Assembly: GCA_964612975.1 (NCBI GenBank)
Contig: CAZTGC010000003.1
Location: forward strand, 140,724 to 204,723
Source: an uncultured Dictyoglomota bacterium
GTDB lineage: Bacteria; Dictyoglomota; Dictyoglomia; Dictyoglomales; Dictyoglomaceae
DNA: 64,000 nucleotides
Direction: 5' to 3'
Position numbers and translations under genes: made by a program. Under the pieces are notes generated by a model that searched no databases, was not told where the DNA came from, and saw only the letters and a list, made by a program, of their open reading frames with translations. Positions within the stretch are counted from its first letter, which is position 1; each line of letters starts with the position of its first letter. This document shows positions 18,959-28,137 of the stretch, in pieces.

Positions 18959-20178
18959 ATAGAACTAACCTCCTCCTTTATTTCTTTTCCAGAAAAGGGC
19001 TTGAGTTTAATTCCTGATTCTGGTCCGGGAATAGGAGCAGATGGCTTTGTTAATAAAAATTTTCCTTCCTTTATCCATTCCTTTAATATATTTGCAATTT
19101 CTCTTGCTTTTGCATAACTGGAGAGGGGATTTGTAGGAACCTTTTTACCTAAGATTTTTATCTCTCCACTTCTCAATTCCTTATAATTAACCTCTCCTAT
19201 AATTTCTGGTTCCCTATTGGGATAAGCGGAACTATAATCCACTATAGGAGCATATATATCTTCATCTTTAACTGAGGTATAAAAAGCAATCTCTTCATTC
19301 AATACGGGAATTGGTACTCCAATGCCAACTGTTAAGGATACTCCATAACCAATAATACTTGCCCCTTTTAGCCATCTTGGACTCATTTGTTTAAGATCTC
19401 CAATTACTGCAATAGTTCCTGCACCTCTTTTGGGAACTCCATTTTCTCCTCTCATTACCGAGGGATCATGTTGGGTTCCCTGCCATATAATATATCCAAT
19501 CCCTCCTCCAACGAATATTTTTGTGCCTATTCCGATGGTTTTATAGAAGGGATCATTAAGAAGGGGAGATAATTGCCCTGCAGAGGAATAATTTGCATTT
19601 CCCAAGTTTGGTCTTAACATTCCAAGATATGTATATATGGTTTTATTGGACAAATTCACTGCTACATTATAATTTTGGTAAGCATTTCTTACATTAAAAA
19701 GTACTGCTTCATTTAGATCCTTTATATTTATATATGCAGATAAAGACTTTCTTGGATAGCAATCTGTTCCATATGTTGTAGCAGTTAGTAATATATCTTT
19801 TCCTGCCACCAATTCCTCAATTATATGACCTCCACCATAGGAGAATCTTCCAGGATAATGTCTATTTCGAGGATCATCTTCAGGAAGAGCTGAAGCACCT
19901 AAGAATATATCAACTGCAGCATAACCAGCATATGCAGGAACATTATTTAAATATACCCTTCCTCCTCCAAGTTTAATTCTTGGTTTTGTATGTCCAATAT
20001 TAAAATAAATACCAGAAGAACACATTATTCCAAAGGTACCTGTCGTTACTACATCTACTTCCTTTGCTGCTTTCTCTATCCCCTTCTCCCTAACAATATC
20101 AATTATCTCTTCAGCAGTCACTACAACTGCCTTACCCTGGCGGATTTTCTCATTAATTTCCTCAATAGTCTTTGCCAT
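18955..20178 (-). CDS. COG1900/DUF39 homocysteine biosynthesis protein
   Basis: 407 aa. N-terminal EINEKIRQGKAVVVTAEE and VDVVTTGTFG blocks typical of COG1900a proteins. Paired with a NIL-ferredoxin as in the methanogen MA1821/MA1822 system. Confidence 0.75.
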   Translation of the reverse strand: MAKTIEEINEKIRQGKAVVVTAEEIIDIVREKGIEKAAKEVDVVTTGTFGIMCSSGIYFNIGHTKPRIKLGGGRVYLNNVPAYAGYAAVDIFLGASALPEDDPRNRHYPGRFSYGGGHIIEELVAGKDILLTATTYGTDCYPRKSLSAYINIKDLNEAVLFNVRNAYQNYNVAVNLSNKTIYTYLGMLRPNLGNANYSSAGQLSPLLNDPFYKTIGIGTKIFVGGGIGYIIWQGTQHDPSVMRGENGVPKRGAGTIAVIGDLKQMSPRWLKGASIIGYGVSLTVGIGVPIPVLNEEIAFYTSVKDEDIYAPIVDYSSAYPNREPEIIGEVNYKELRSGEIKILGKKVPTNPLSSYAKAREIANILKEWIKEGKFLLTKPSAPIPGPESGIKLKPFSGKEIKEEVSSI

Positions 20179-20220
20179 CTTCTGACCTCCTTATCTTCAA
20201 AATTGTTATTATGTTTATTG

Positions 20221-20282
20221 CTATAAACCGCCCTTTTCGGGCAAGGCATGATCCATATCACTCTCATCACCTCCTATTATAG
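20221..20282 (-). ncRNA. candidate structured 5' leader (three-way junction) of the homocysteine operon
   Basis: In the RNA sense: P1 CUAUAA/UUAUAG, P2 GUGAU/AUCAU, P3 UGCCC-GAAAA-GGGCG. It lies between the promoter at 20299-20327 and ATG 20178. No known riboswitch class recognised. Confidence 0.3.
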
Positions 20283-20298
20283 AAAAATTTGATTCGAA

Positions 20299-20327
20299 AT
20301 TATACCAAAACAATCTAAATTATGCAA
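20299..20327 (-). promoter_or_regulatory. sigma-70-type promoter for the COG1900/NIL-ferredoxin operon
   Basis: Minus strand TTGCAT (20327-20322), 17-nt spacer, TATAAT (20304-20299). Confidence 0.65.
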
Positions 20328-20396
20328 GAGAAAAAATTTTATCCTGAGGAGGATCTCTTTTCCAAAAAGTGATTACAGATCAAAGGAATCAAAGGC

Positions 20397-20425
20397 TTGA
20401 CATTGCAGAGGTAAAATTTTATAAT
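20397..20425 (+). promoter_or_regulatory. consensus sigma-70-type promoter for the CUT1 sugar ABC operon
   Basis: TTGACA (20397-20402), exact 17-nt spacer, TATAAT (20420-20425), about 90 nt upstream of ATG 20519. Confidence 0.7.
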
Positions 20426-20518
20426 TTTCTTTGTTAGTTTCTTATTGAAAACAAAAATTAGGAGGTGGTGAATAAGAAAAATTTCCTCTTTTAAAAACTT
20501 TTTTAGGAGGTATAAATC

Positions 20519-21763
20519 ATGTGGCGTAAAACTTTAGTAATCTTCTCCTTAATTTTCCTTCTTTTAGTTTTTTCCTCTTTAGCCCAATTAAAAGGCAAGT
20601 TGGAGATTTTCAGTTGGTGGACTGCAGGTGGAGAAGCAGAAGGTCTTCAAGCTCTCTTTGATATCTTCCACAAAAAATATCCTGCAGTAGAGATTATCAA
20701 TGCAACGGTTGCTGGTGGCGCTGGCGCCCAGGCAAAGGCAGTTTTAAAAACAAGAATGCTTGGTGGTGATCCTCCCGATACTTTCCAAGTCCATGCAGGG
20801 CATGAGTTAATCGATACCTGGGTAAAAACAGGATTTATGGAACCAGTCACCTTCTTATATAAAGAAGAGGGATGGCTTAAGGTAATGCCAAAGGGAATAT
20901 TGGACATAGTTTCCTATAGAGGAGAATACTGGTCTGTTCCAGTAAACATTCATAGGGCAAATGTTCTCTGGTACAATAAAAAGATTTTTGAGGAAAATAA
21001 ATTAACACCCCCAAGAACCTTTGATGAATTCTTTAAAGTAGCAGATACATTAAAGGCGAAGGGAATTATTCCATTAGCATTTGGAACAAAGGATGGATGG
21101 GAAGCTGCTCATGTGTTTGAAACAGTTTTAATTGGAAAATTAGGTGCAGAAGGATATAAGGGCCTTTGGACAGGAAAAACAAAATGGTCCGATCCAAAAG
21201 TTACCGATGCTTTAGAAACCTTTAAAAAGATGTTAACATATGTCAATCCAGATCATTCTGCAAGAACGTGGGATGAGGCATGTGCTTTAATTGTAGAAGA
21301 AAAGGCTGCAATGAATATTATGGGAGATTGGGCAGTAGGATACTTCTATGCAAAGGAATTCAAAGACTTTGGTTGGGTATTAGCTCCAGGAAATGCTAGA
21401 ATATTTGATGCTTTATCAGATAGTTTTGGCCTTCCTAAGAGGGTAAAGAACAGGAGTAATGTGATAGCATTTTTAAAAGTATTAGGTTCAAAAGAAGGGC
21501 AAGAGGTATTTAATATTAAGAAGGGATCAATTCCTGCAAGAACCGATGTAGACAAGACAAAATTCCCAGAATATCAAAAATCAGCTATGAACGACTGGTT
21601 AAAACATGCTATTGTACCCAGTGTAATGCATGGAGCAGCTGCATCTGAGGGATGGGTAACAGATTTTAAAGATGTAATTTCACTCTTTGTAGCATTTCCC
21701 AATGTACGTACTACCCAAAAGGCATTAGTTAGTATTGCTATAAAACAAGGGGTAAAACAGTAA
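20519..21763 (+). CDS. CUT1 sugar ABC transporter substrate-binding protein
   Basis: 414 aa. Signal peptide, then the KLEIFSWWTAGGEAEGL..L pattern typical of family-1 extracellular solute-binding proteins. Confidence 0.9.
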   Translation: MWRKTLVIFSLIFLLLVFSSLAQLKGKLEIFSWWTAGGEAEGLQALFDIFHKKYPAVEIINATVAGGAGAQAKAVLKTRMLGGDPPDTFQVHAGHELIDTWVKTGFMEPVTFLYKEEGWLKVMPKGILDIVSYRGEYWSVPVNIHRANVLWYNKKIFEENKLTPPRTFDEFFKVADTLKAKGIIPLAFGTKDGWEAAHVFETVLIGKLGAEGYKGLWTGKTKWSDPKVTDALETFKKMLTYVNPDHSARTWDEACALIVEEKAAMNIMGDWAVGYFYAKEFKDFGWVLAPGNARIFDALSDSFGLPKRVKNRSNVIAFLKVLGSKEGQEVFNIKKGSIPARTDVDKTKFPEYQKSAMNDWLKHAIVPSVMHGAAASEGWVTDFKDVISLFVAFPNVRTTQKALVSIAIKQGVKQ

Positions 21764-21770
21764 AAGAAAA

Positions 21771-21790
21771 GGGGGAGAAGAATCTCCCCC
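21771..21790 (+). terminator. intercistronic hairpin after the binding-protein gene (attenuator/terminator)
   Basis: GGGGGAGA-agaa-TCTCCCCC followed by CTTTTATATTTT. This position is typical between SBP and permease genes. Confidence 0.6.
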
Positions 21791-21814
21791 CTTTTATATT
21801 TTGGAGGGAAAAGA

Positions 21815-22717
21815 ATGAAGAAAATTAATAAAGAAAAGATTATTCCTTTTTTATTTATATTGCCTTCAATTATTTTAATAGCAATTTTTGTTTATGGATT
21901 TATAGGGTGGACGGGTTGGGTTTCCCTTGTAAATTGGAGAGATATTTTCCCAGACTTTACTTTTATAGGATTTAGAAATTATATTGATCTTTTCCAAAAT
22001 TATAGATTTCAGATCTCATTAAAAAATACCCTTGTATTTACATCTTTATTTTTAATTTCTTCAATTATTATTGGACTTTTATTAGCAATTCTTATTGATA
22101 GAAAAATTAGAGGGGAAAATATCTTTAGAAACATTTATCTTTTCCCCATGGCAATATCCTTTGTAGTTACTGGTGTTGTTTGGAGATGGCTATTAAATCC
22201 GGGGACTGGTGGAATAGAAGGATCCATAGGGATAAATATGCTTTTAGATAAACTGGGGCTTTCCTTCTTGAAAAGTGGATGGTATACAGATCCTGAAATA
22301 GGAATCAAAGCAGTAGTTATAGCAGCAGTTTGGCAAATGTCTGGATATGTAATGGCAATGTATCTTGCAGGTATAAGGGGAATTCCTACAGAGCTTTTTG
22401 AGGCAGCCCAAGTGGATGGTGCTAGCACTTTTGAGGTTTATAGATATATTATTCTTCCCCTTCTCCGTCCTATAACCCTTGGAGCTATAATTGTTTTAGG
22501 ACATATCTCCCTTAAAATCTTTGATTTAGTTTTTGCCATGACAGGAAGTGGTGTTGGATTTTCATGTGATGTTCCTGCATTATTTATGTATGATACCACA
22601 TTCAGAGGAAATTATTTCTCTCAAGGAGCAGGTATCGCAATAATTCTTTTAATCTCTGTTGCAGTACTAATAATACCATATCTAAGATACAGTTTAAGGG
22701 TGGAGGTTAAAAGATAA
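21815..22717 (+). CDS. sugar ABC transporter permease (MalF/UgpA-type)
   Basis: 300 aa, six TM segments, EAA loop FEAAQVDGASTFEVYRYIILPLL. Confidence 0.9.
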   Translation: MKKINKEKIIPFLFILPSIILIAIFVYGFIGWTGWVSLVNWRDIFPDFTFIGFRNYIDLFQNYRFQISLKNTLVFTSLFLISSIIIGLLLAILIDRKIRGENIFRNIYLFPMAISFVVTGVVWRWLLNPGTGGIEGSIGINMLLDKLGLSFLKSGWYTDPEIGIKAVVIAAVWQMSGYVMAMYLAGIRGIPTELFEAAQVDGASTFEVYRYIILPLLRPITLGAIIVLGHISLKIFDLVFAMTGSGVGFSCDVPALFMYDTTFRGNYFSQGAGIAIILLISVAVLIIPYLRYSLRVEVKR

Positions 22718-23559
22718 TGAAAATATCAAAAATTCTCCTTTATATTGTCCTTATTTTTTTTGCTGTTTTTTATTTAATGCCTGTTTACATACTTTTGACA
22801 ACAAGTTTTAAGAGCTTTGCAGAGGTAAATTTAAGAGAAATGTGGAATTTTCCGAAAAATTTTAGTTTTGAAAGTTTTATTCAGGCTTGGAGGGGTAATC
22901 CATCTCGAGGCCTAAGGGGCCTCTCCCAAAACTTTATGAATAGTATTTATCTTGTAATACCAGCTACCATAATCTCTGCCTTTTTAGGATCTTTAAATGG
23001 ATATGTTCTTACCAAATGGAAATTTAAAGGATCTGATATAATTTTTCCTTTACTTTTATTTGGTATGTTTATTCCATATCAAAGTATCCTTATTCCATTA
23101 GTTCAGGTTCTTCAAAAAACCAAATTATATGGATCAATTCCTGGTTTAATTTTTGTCCATTCCGTTTATGGAATTCCAATAACTACATTAATCTTTAGAA
23201 ATTATTATGCTACAATTCCCACAGAATTAATAGAGGCTGCCAAAATTGATGGTGCAGGATTTGCAGGAATTTATAGAAGAATAATTTTTCCTGTTTCCAT
23301 GCCGGGATTTGCAGTAGTTATGATTTGGCAATTTACATCAATATGGAATGATTTCTTATTTGGACTTGTTGTTGCACCAAATCCCTCTGTTCAGCCTATC
23401 ACTGTAGCATTAAACAACCTTGCAGGAAGTTATTTTGTTGAATGGAATATTCAGATGGCAGGAGCATTACTCACAGCTTTACCTCCCCTTTTAGTTTATA
23501 TCTTCCTTGGAAGATTTTTTATGAGGGGACTTCTTGCGGGATCTCTATCTGGAGTATAA
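22717..23559 (+). CDS. sugar ABC transporter permease (MalG/UgpE-type)
   Basis: 280 aa. EAA loop IEAAKIDGAGFAGIYRRIIFP. The start overlaps the upstream stop. Confidence 0.9.
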   Translation: MKISKILLYIVLIFFAVFYLMPVYILLTTSFKSFAEVNLREMWNFPKNFSFESFIQAWRGNPSRGLRGLSQNFMNSIYLVIPATIISAFLGSLNGYVLTKWKFKGSDIIFPLLLFGMFIPYQSILIPLVQVLQKTKLYGSIPGLIFVHSVYGIPITTLIFRNYYATIPTELIEAAKIDGAGFAGIYRRIIFPVSMPGFAVVMIWQFTSIWNDFLFGLVVAPNPSVQPITVALNNLAGSYFVEWNIQMAGALLTALPPLLVYIFLGRFFMRGLLAGSLSGV

Positions 23560-23560
23560 A

Positions 23561-23592
23561 AAAGTCCTGGGGAATATCCCAGGGCTTTTTTA
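23561..23592 (+). terminator. rho-independent terminator of the sugar ABC operon
   Basis: AAAGTCCTGGG-gaatat-CCCAGGGCTTT stem followed by a T-run. Confidence 0.75.
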
Positions 23593-23730
23593 AATTATCT
23601 TAAATTTTACTATTTGCAAATTAACCCTATTAGTGCCTTTGTTATTCTAAAGATGTTATAGTTGCAAGATGACCCCCAAGACTTTCGCAATCTAGTTTTA
23701 CACTGATCTGTAATTAATTTTTTGAAAGGG

Positions 23731-23802
23731 AAAGCTTCCTTGGGATAGAATTTTATTAAATTTCAGTTTCTAAAAAACTGAATCTCAAGGAAGCTTTTTT
23801 CC
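23731..23802 (+). other. long orphan hairpin followed by a T-run in non-coding DNA
   Basis: AAAGCTTCCTTGGGAT (23731-23746) pairs with ATCTCAAGGAAGCTTT (23782-23797), 16 bp including one G-U. An inner hairpin TTCAGTT-tctaaaa-AACTGAA sits in the loop. TTTTT follows. Confidence 0.5.
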
Positions 23803-23951
23803 TAAAAACATTTTTTTAGAAGAAAAAAATATAAAAATCCTTAGATAAAAGATATAGAGAAGATTTTTAATATATGATATAATTTTAAAAAATCCCTGGA
23901 ATGAAGTAATATTTTCTTAATGTTAAAAAATAGATATTAAGGAGGTATAAA

Positions 23952-24758
23952 ATGTTTAAAAAAGTAACCTTAGAAAAGGGACTAAATCCTTTGGTAAAGG
24001 AAAGAGAAATGGAATATATCGAGTTTGATGTATTCAAAGGAGGAAAAGGGGATGATTACTCTTTTAATTCCAAGGATTATGAAATTGGGTTAGTGATTCT
24101 ATCTGGAAAATGTAATGTAAAAGTAGATGAACTTGAGTATTCTTCGATAGGTTCAAGGAGGAATGTTGTTGATGGAAATGCTTTTTCTCTTTATATTCCA
24201 AACAATAAAGAAGTTAAAATTGAAGCTTTAGAAGAAATAGAAGTTGCTTTATGTAAAAGTAAGGTGAAAACTGAGGAAGAAGTAAGATTAATAAAGCCCG
24301 AAGATGTAATTATAAGAAATGTGGGGATATTAAATTGGAGAAGAGATGTTAAGGATATTATAGATAAAAGAATAAATGCAAAAAGAATTTTAGTAGGAGA
24401 AACCATAAATCCTCCTGGAAATTGGTCCAGCTTTCCTCCCCATAAGCATGATAGGGAGAATTATCCAGAGGAGATAAAAATGGAAGAAGTTTATTTTTAC
24501 AAAGTTTATCCTTCTCAAGGATTTGGAATTCAAAGAATATTTACTGAAGAAAGGGATTTAGATGAGTTATTTCTAATAGAAGATAATTCTCTGCTTATGA
24601 TAAAGAGAGGATATCATCCTGTGGTTGCAGCGCCTGGTTATCAAGTATATTATCTCTGGGTATTAGCAGGAGAAAAAAGAGAACAAATATTCTACGATGC
24701 TCCTGAACATAAATGGATTAGATATATGGAAAGGGTTATAAAAGAAATTGAAAGATAA
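23952..24758 (+). CDS. iolB: 5-deoxy-glucuronate isomerase (IolB/KduI family)
   Basis: 268 aa. INPPGNWSSFPPHKHD cupin metal motif characteristic of IolB, plus GYHPVVAAPGY. Confidence 0.8.
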   Translation: MFKKVTLEKGLNPLVKEREMEYIEFDVFKGGKGDDYSFNSKDYEIGLVILSGKCNVKVDELEYSSIGSRRNVVDGNAFSLYIPNNKEVKIEALEEIEVALCKSKVKTEEEVRLIKPEDVIIRNVGILNWRRDVKDIIDKRINAKRILVGETINPPGNWSSFPPHKHDRENYPEEIKMEEVYFYKVYPSQGFGIQRIFTEERDLDELFLIEDNSLLMIKRGYHPVVAAPGYQVYYLWVLAGEKREQIFYDAPEHKWIRYMERVIKEIER

Positions 24759-24841
24759 AATTGATTATTACTCAAGAGATTCTCTTTGGCCCAGTAAGTT
24801 TGAATAAATTAAGAGAAGAAAATATTCCTATAAACTCGGAA

Positions 24842-24869
24842 AGCCCTGGGATTTTCCAGGGCTTTTTTA
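24842..24869 (+). terminator. rho-independent terminator after iolB
   Basis: AGCCCTGG-gatttt-CCAGGGCT followed by TTTTTAT. It sits between convergent genes. Confidence 0.7.
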
Positions 24870-25856
24870 TTCAAAAACTAAAAATTTTTTAACAAATTTT
24901 ATTTTCTCTAATGTATGAAATGGGCCTCCACCTTCATGCCCATTAAAGGGATAAATCTTGATCTCCTTCTCTCCTTTGTAATAATTATATACTGCAAATA
25001 CTGTAGAAGGAGGACAGATCATATCCATAAGTCCTACAGAAAAAAGGGCCTTTGCTTTTGCTCTTACTGCAAAATTTACACCATCAAAGTATGAAAGAGT
25101 TTTAAATACTTGATCTACTTTATCTCTATGAATCTTTAAATACTGGTCTATCTCTTGATAGGGATATTCATTGGTTATTTCTAATGCTCTTCTAAAATGA
25201 CATAAAAAAGGAACATCAGGCATTGCAATCTTTATATCTATATTTAAATAAGAAGAAAGTCCTGCTACAGCTAAGGTAATTCCTCCGCCTTGGCTTCCTC
25301 CTGTAATTCCAATTCTATTTTTATCAACATCAGGAAATGCCATCAAAGTCTCCACAGCCCTAACAGCATCAGTAAATACTCTTCTATAATAATATTTTTT
25401 AGGATCAAGAATTCCCCTTGTCATAAATCCAGAATATTGAGGATCAAAGGGAGAATCATCATAATCGGGAGTATCTCCGCAACTCCAAGAACTTCCCTGT
25501 CCTCGAGTATCCATAACAAGATGGGCGATATTTAAATTTGCCCAAAGCAAGAAATCTATAGGAAAACTTCTTCCTCCTCCATATCCGATATACCCCACAA
25601 TTCCAGGAATTTTACTTCTTCTTTCTTTCGGAAGTATAAGCCATCCCTTTATCCTTTGCCCTTTATATCCAGAAAAGGTGACATCATAAGTATCTACAAG
25701 TTCAAGCCCAAAATCTATTTTCTCAAAGACTGGATCAAGGGGATAGTTATGGGATTCTTCTAAGGTTTCTCTCCAAAAATCATCAAAATCCTTTGGTTCT
25801 TCCCTTTCAGGCATATATTTCCATAACTCAGAAAGGGGTAAATCAAAAAATGCCAT
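24867..25856 (-). CDS. CE7 acetyl xylan esterase / cephalosporin-C deacetylase
   Basis: 329 aa. N-terminal [12 protein letters not shown], nucleophile elbow GGSQGG and C-terminal His region, as in Thermotoga TM0077-type CE7 enzymes. Confidence 0.9.
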   Translation of the reverse strand: MAFFDLPLSELWKYMPEREEPKDFDDFWRETLEESHNYPLDPVFEKIDFGLELVDTYDVTFSGYKGQRIKGWLILPKERRSKIPGIVGYIGYGGGRSFPIDFLLWANLNIAHLVMDTRGQGSSWSCGDTPDYDDSPFDPQYSGFMTRGILDPKKYYYRRVFTDAVRAVETLMAFPDVDKNRIGITGGSQGGGITLAVAGLSSYLNIDIKIAMPDVPFLCHFRRALEITNEYPYQEIDQYLKIHRDKVDQVFKTLSYFDGVNFAVRAKAKALFSVGLMDMICPPSTVFAVYNYYKGEKEIKIYPFNGHEGGGPFHTLEKIKFVKKFLVFE

Positions 25857-25882
25857 AAGATAACACCTCCCAGTTAAAATCT

Positions 25883-26815
25883 TTAAAGAATCGTCTTATA
25901 CCAATTTATCGTTCTCTTAAGCCCTTCTTCTAAGGAAAATTTAGGAGTCCATAAAAGATATTTTTTAGCCAACGTTATATCTCCCACCGAATTCCTTATC
26001 TCTCCTTTTCTTTCTGGAGCATATATGGGGTCTATATCTACATTTATAAGCCTTTTAATCTTCTCATAAAGTTTATTTATACTTATCCTCTTTCCAGTAG
26101 CAATATTAAACACCTTTCCTCCCATATTTTTTATTTTCATAGCCTGAATATTTGCTGCGACCACATCTTCCACATATATAAAGTCTCTTGTTTGTTCTCC
26201 ATCTCCATATATGGTGGGAGTTTCATTCTTAAGAAGAGAAGATATAAATTTAGGAATTACTGCAGAATAGAAGGAATTTGGATCTTGCCTTGGCCCATAC
26301 ACATTAAAATACCTTAAGGAAACAACTTCTAATTTATAGACCTCAAAAAAGAATTTCATGTAAAGTTCTCCTGCATATTTACTTATAGCATAAGGAGAAA
26401 CTGGATTTATCTTTTGATCTTCCCTCTTGGGAATAATAGGATCATCTCCATATATAGCCGAAGAAGATGCATATATTATTCTTTTTACTTGATTTCTAAG
26501 ACCTGCTATAAAGACATTTAAAGTTCCATTTATATTTATTTCATTGCATTTTTCTGGATTTTCTATGGATTCCAATACAGAGGTTATAGCAGCTTCGTGA
26601 AATATATAATCCACATTTTTAGTTAAAGATAAAAGTAGATCTAAATCTCTTATATCTCCATTTATAAAAAGAATCTTATCTTTAATAGAATTTAAATTTT
26701 CTTCCTTTCCTGTGGAAAGATTATCAAGGACAATTACCTTTCCTTCCTCCCATACCAATCTTTCTGCAATATGAGATCCAATAAATCCAGCTCCACCAGT
26801 TATTAAAAATTTCAT
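25883..26815 (-). CDS. NAD-dependent epimerase/dehydratase (GalE/WbpP-like extended SDR)
   Basis: 310 aa. [22 protein letters not shown] (YxxxK), [10 protein letters not shown]. Confidence 0.85.
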   Translation of the reverse strand: MKFLITGGAGFIGSHIAERLVWEEGKVIVLDNLSTGKEENLNSIKDKILFINGDIRDLDLLLSLTKNVDYIFHEAAITSVLESIENPEKCNEININGTLNVFIAGLRNQVKRIIYASSSAIYGDDPIIPKREDQKINPVSPYAISKYAGELYMKFFFEVYKLEVVSLRYFNVYGPRQDPNSFYSAVIPKFISSLLKNETPTIYGDGEQTRDFIYVEDVVAANIQAMKIKNMGGKVFNIATGKRISINKLYEKIKRLINVDIDPIYAPERKGEIRNSVGDITLAKKYLLWTPKFSLEEGLKRTINWYKTIL

Positions 26816-26868
26816 ACTTAAAATAATAACATGAAATATAATATAAATGCTATAATTTGTAACGGAAA

Positions 26869-28053
26869 ATGAAGGAAAATATAAAAGTCTTCTTAAAAAG
26901 AGATACTCTTAGAAAGATTATTATAGGTAATCCCTGGATTTACCATAATGAAATCTTAAAAATTGAAGGAAACTTTTCTCCAGGAGATATAGTGGATATT
27001 TATGATAGTAGCAAAAGTTTTGTAGGAAGGGGATACATTAATCCCAATTCAAAGATAACTATAAGAATTTTAACAAGGAAGGAAGAAGAAATTGATAAAG
27101 AATTCTTCAGGGAAAGAATTCTTAGAGCATGGGAATATAGGAAAAGGTTAGTGGATGCTCGATCCTGTAGAGTAGTTTTTGGAGAGGCAGATTTTCTTCC
27201 GGGACTTATTGTAGATAAATTTGAAGATATTTTAGTGATTCAAACCCTTTCCCTTGGTATAGATAGATTCAAAGAGACCATATTAGAGATTCTTGATGAA
27301 ATTTTTCAGCCTCGAGGGATATATGAGAGAAATGATGTTCCCATAAGAGAGATAGAAGATCTTCCTCAGATAAAGGGATTTTTGAAAGGAAATTTTGATC
27401 CTATTATAGAAATAGAGGAAAATGGACTAAAGATATTGGTAGATGTTGAAAATGGGCAGAAAACAGGATACTTTTTGGATCAGAAGGAAAATAGAACTGC
27501 TTTAAAAGGGCTGGTAAACGGGGCAGAGGTTCTTGATGCCTTTTCTTATACAGGCTCCTTCGCCCTTCATGCTTTAAAATTTGGGGCAGAAGAGGTTGTA
27601 GCAGTGGATTCCTCAAGCTATGCTTTAGATCTTGCAAAAAAGAATGTAGCTCTTAACGGATTCTCTGAAAAAATTGAATTTATCGAAGAAAATGCCTTTG
27701 ACCTTCTTAGAAAATTTCATAAAGAGGGAAGAAATTTTGATGTGATTATTCTCGATCCTCCTGCTTTTGCAAAATCTCAGAAAAATTTAGAGAATGCCTT
27801 AAGGGGTTATAAAGAGATCAATCTAAGAGCTATGAAAATAGTAAGAGATGAAGGATTTTTAATCACTTGCTCTTGCTCTCAACATGTTTCTCCTGAAATA
27901 TTTCAAAGAGTTATAGAAGCAGCAAGCTATGATGCTAATAGAATATTAAGGCTTGTAGAATTCAAATATCAATCAAAGGATCATCCCATCCTTTATTCCC
28001 ATCCTGAATCTTTATATTTAAAATGTGGAATATATCAGGTTTTGAAAAAATAG
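26869..28053 (+). CDS. class I SAM-dependent rRNA methyltransferase (RlmI-like, PUA + MTase)
   Basis: 394 aa. N-terminal PUA-like domain (GNPWIYHNEI), GQKTGYFLDQKENR, DPPAFAKS. Confidence 0.8.
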   Translation: MKENIKVFLKRDTLRKIIIGNPWIYHNEILKIEGNFSPGDIVDIYDSSKSFVGRGYINPNSKITIRILTRKEEEIDKEFFRERILRAWEYRKRLVDARSCRVVFGEADFLPGLIVDKFEDILVIQTLSLGIDRFKETILEILDEIFQPRGIYERNDVPIREIEDLPQIKGFLKGNFDPIIEIEENGLKILVDVENGQKTGYFLDQKENRTALKGLVNGAEVLDAFSYTGSFALHALKFGAEEVVAVDSSSYALDLAKKNVALNGFSEKIEFIEENAFDLLRKFHKEGRNFDVIILDPPAFAKSQKNLENALRGYKEINLRAMKIVRDEGFLITCSCSQHVSPEIFQRVIEAASYDANRILRLVEFKYQSKDHPILYSHPESLYLKCGIYQVLKK

Positions 28054-28137
28054 TAAATCATATACATTAAAATTGAAACTTCTTAAAATATACTTTATAA
28101 TGCATATAGAGATGAAGGTTTTTATGGAGGTTTATAA

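Noticed and set aside
20130-20268. Possible upstream ORF in the homocysteine-operon leader, starting at ATG or GTG just after the AGGAGG in the leader and running out of frame into the main ORF.
   Set aside because: The SD-to-ATG spacing is only 2 nt. The GTG alternative gives a peptide of about 45 aa with no Met/Cys-rich regulatory stretch and no independent support.
20221-20282. Resemblance of the leader to a purine riboswitch (UAUAAU after P1, GAUAUGG in the P2 loop) and to the SMK-box (AUGCCUUG...CGAAA(A)GGG).
   Set aside because: The purine-type J2/3 (GUUUCUAC) and the P3 loop needed for the loop-loop kiss are absent, and a purine switch makes no sense for this operon. The SMK architecture requires the SD to pair within the element, but here the SD lies about 35 nt downstream and is unpaired. 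The element is kept only as an unclassified candidate.
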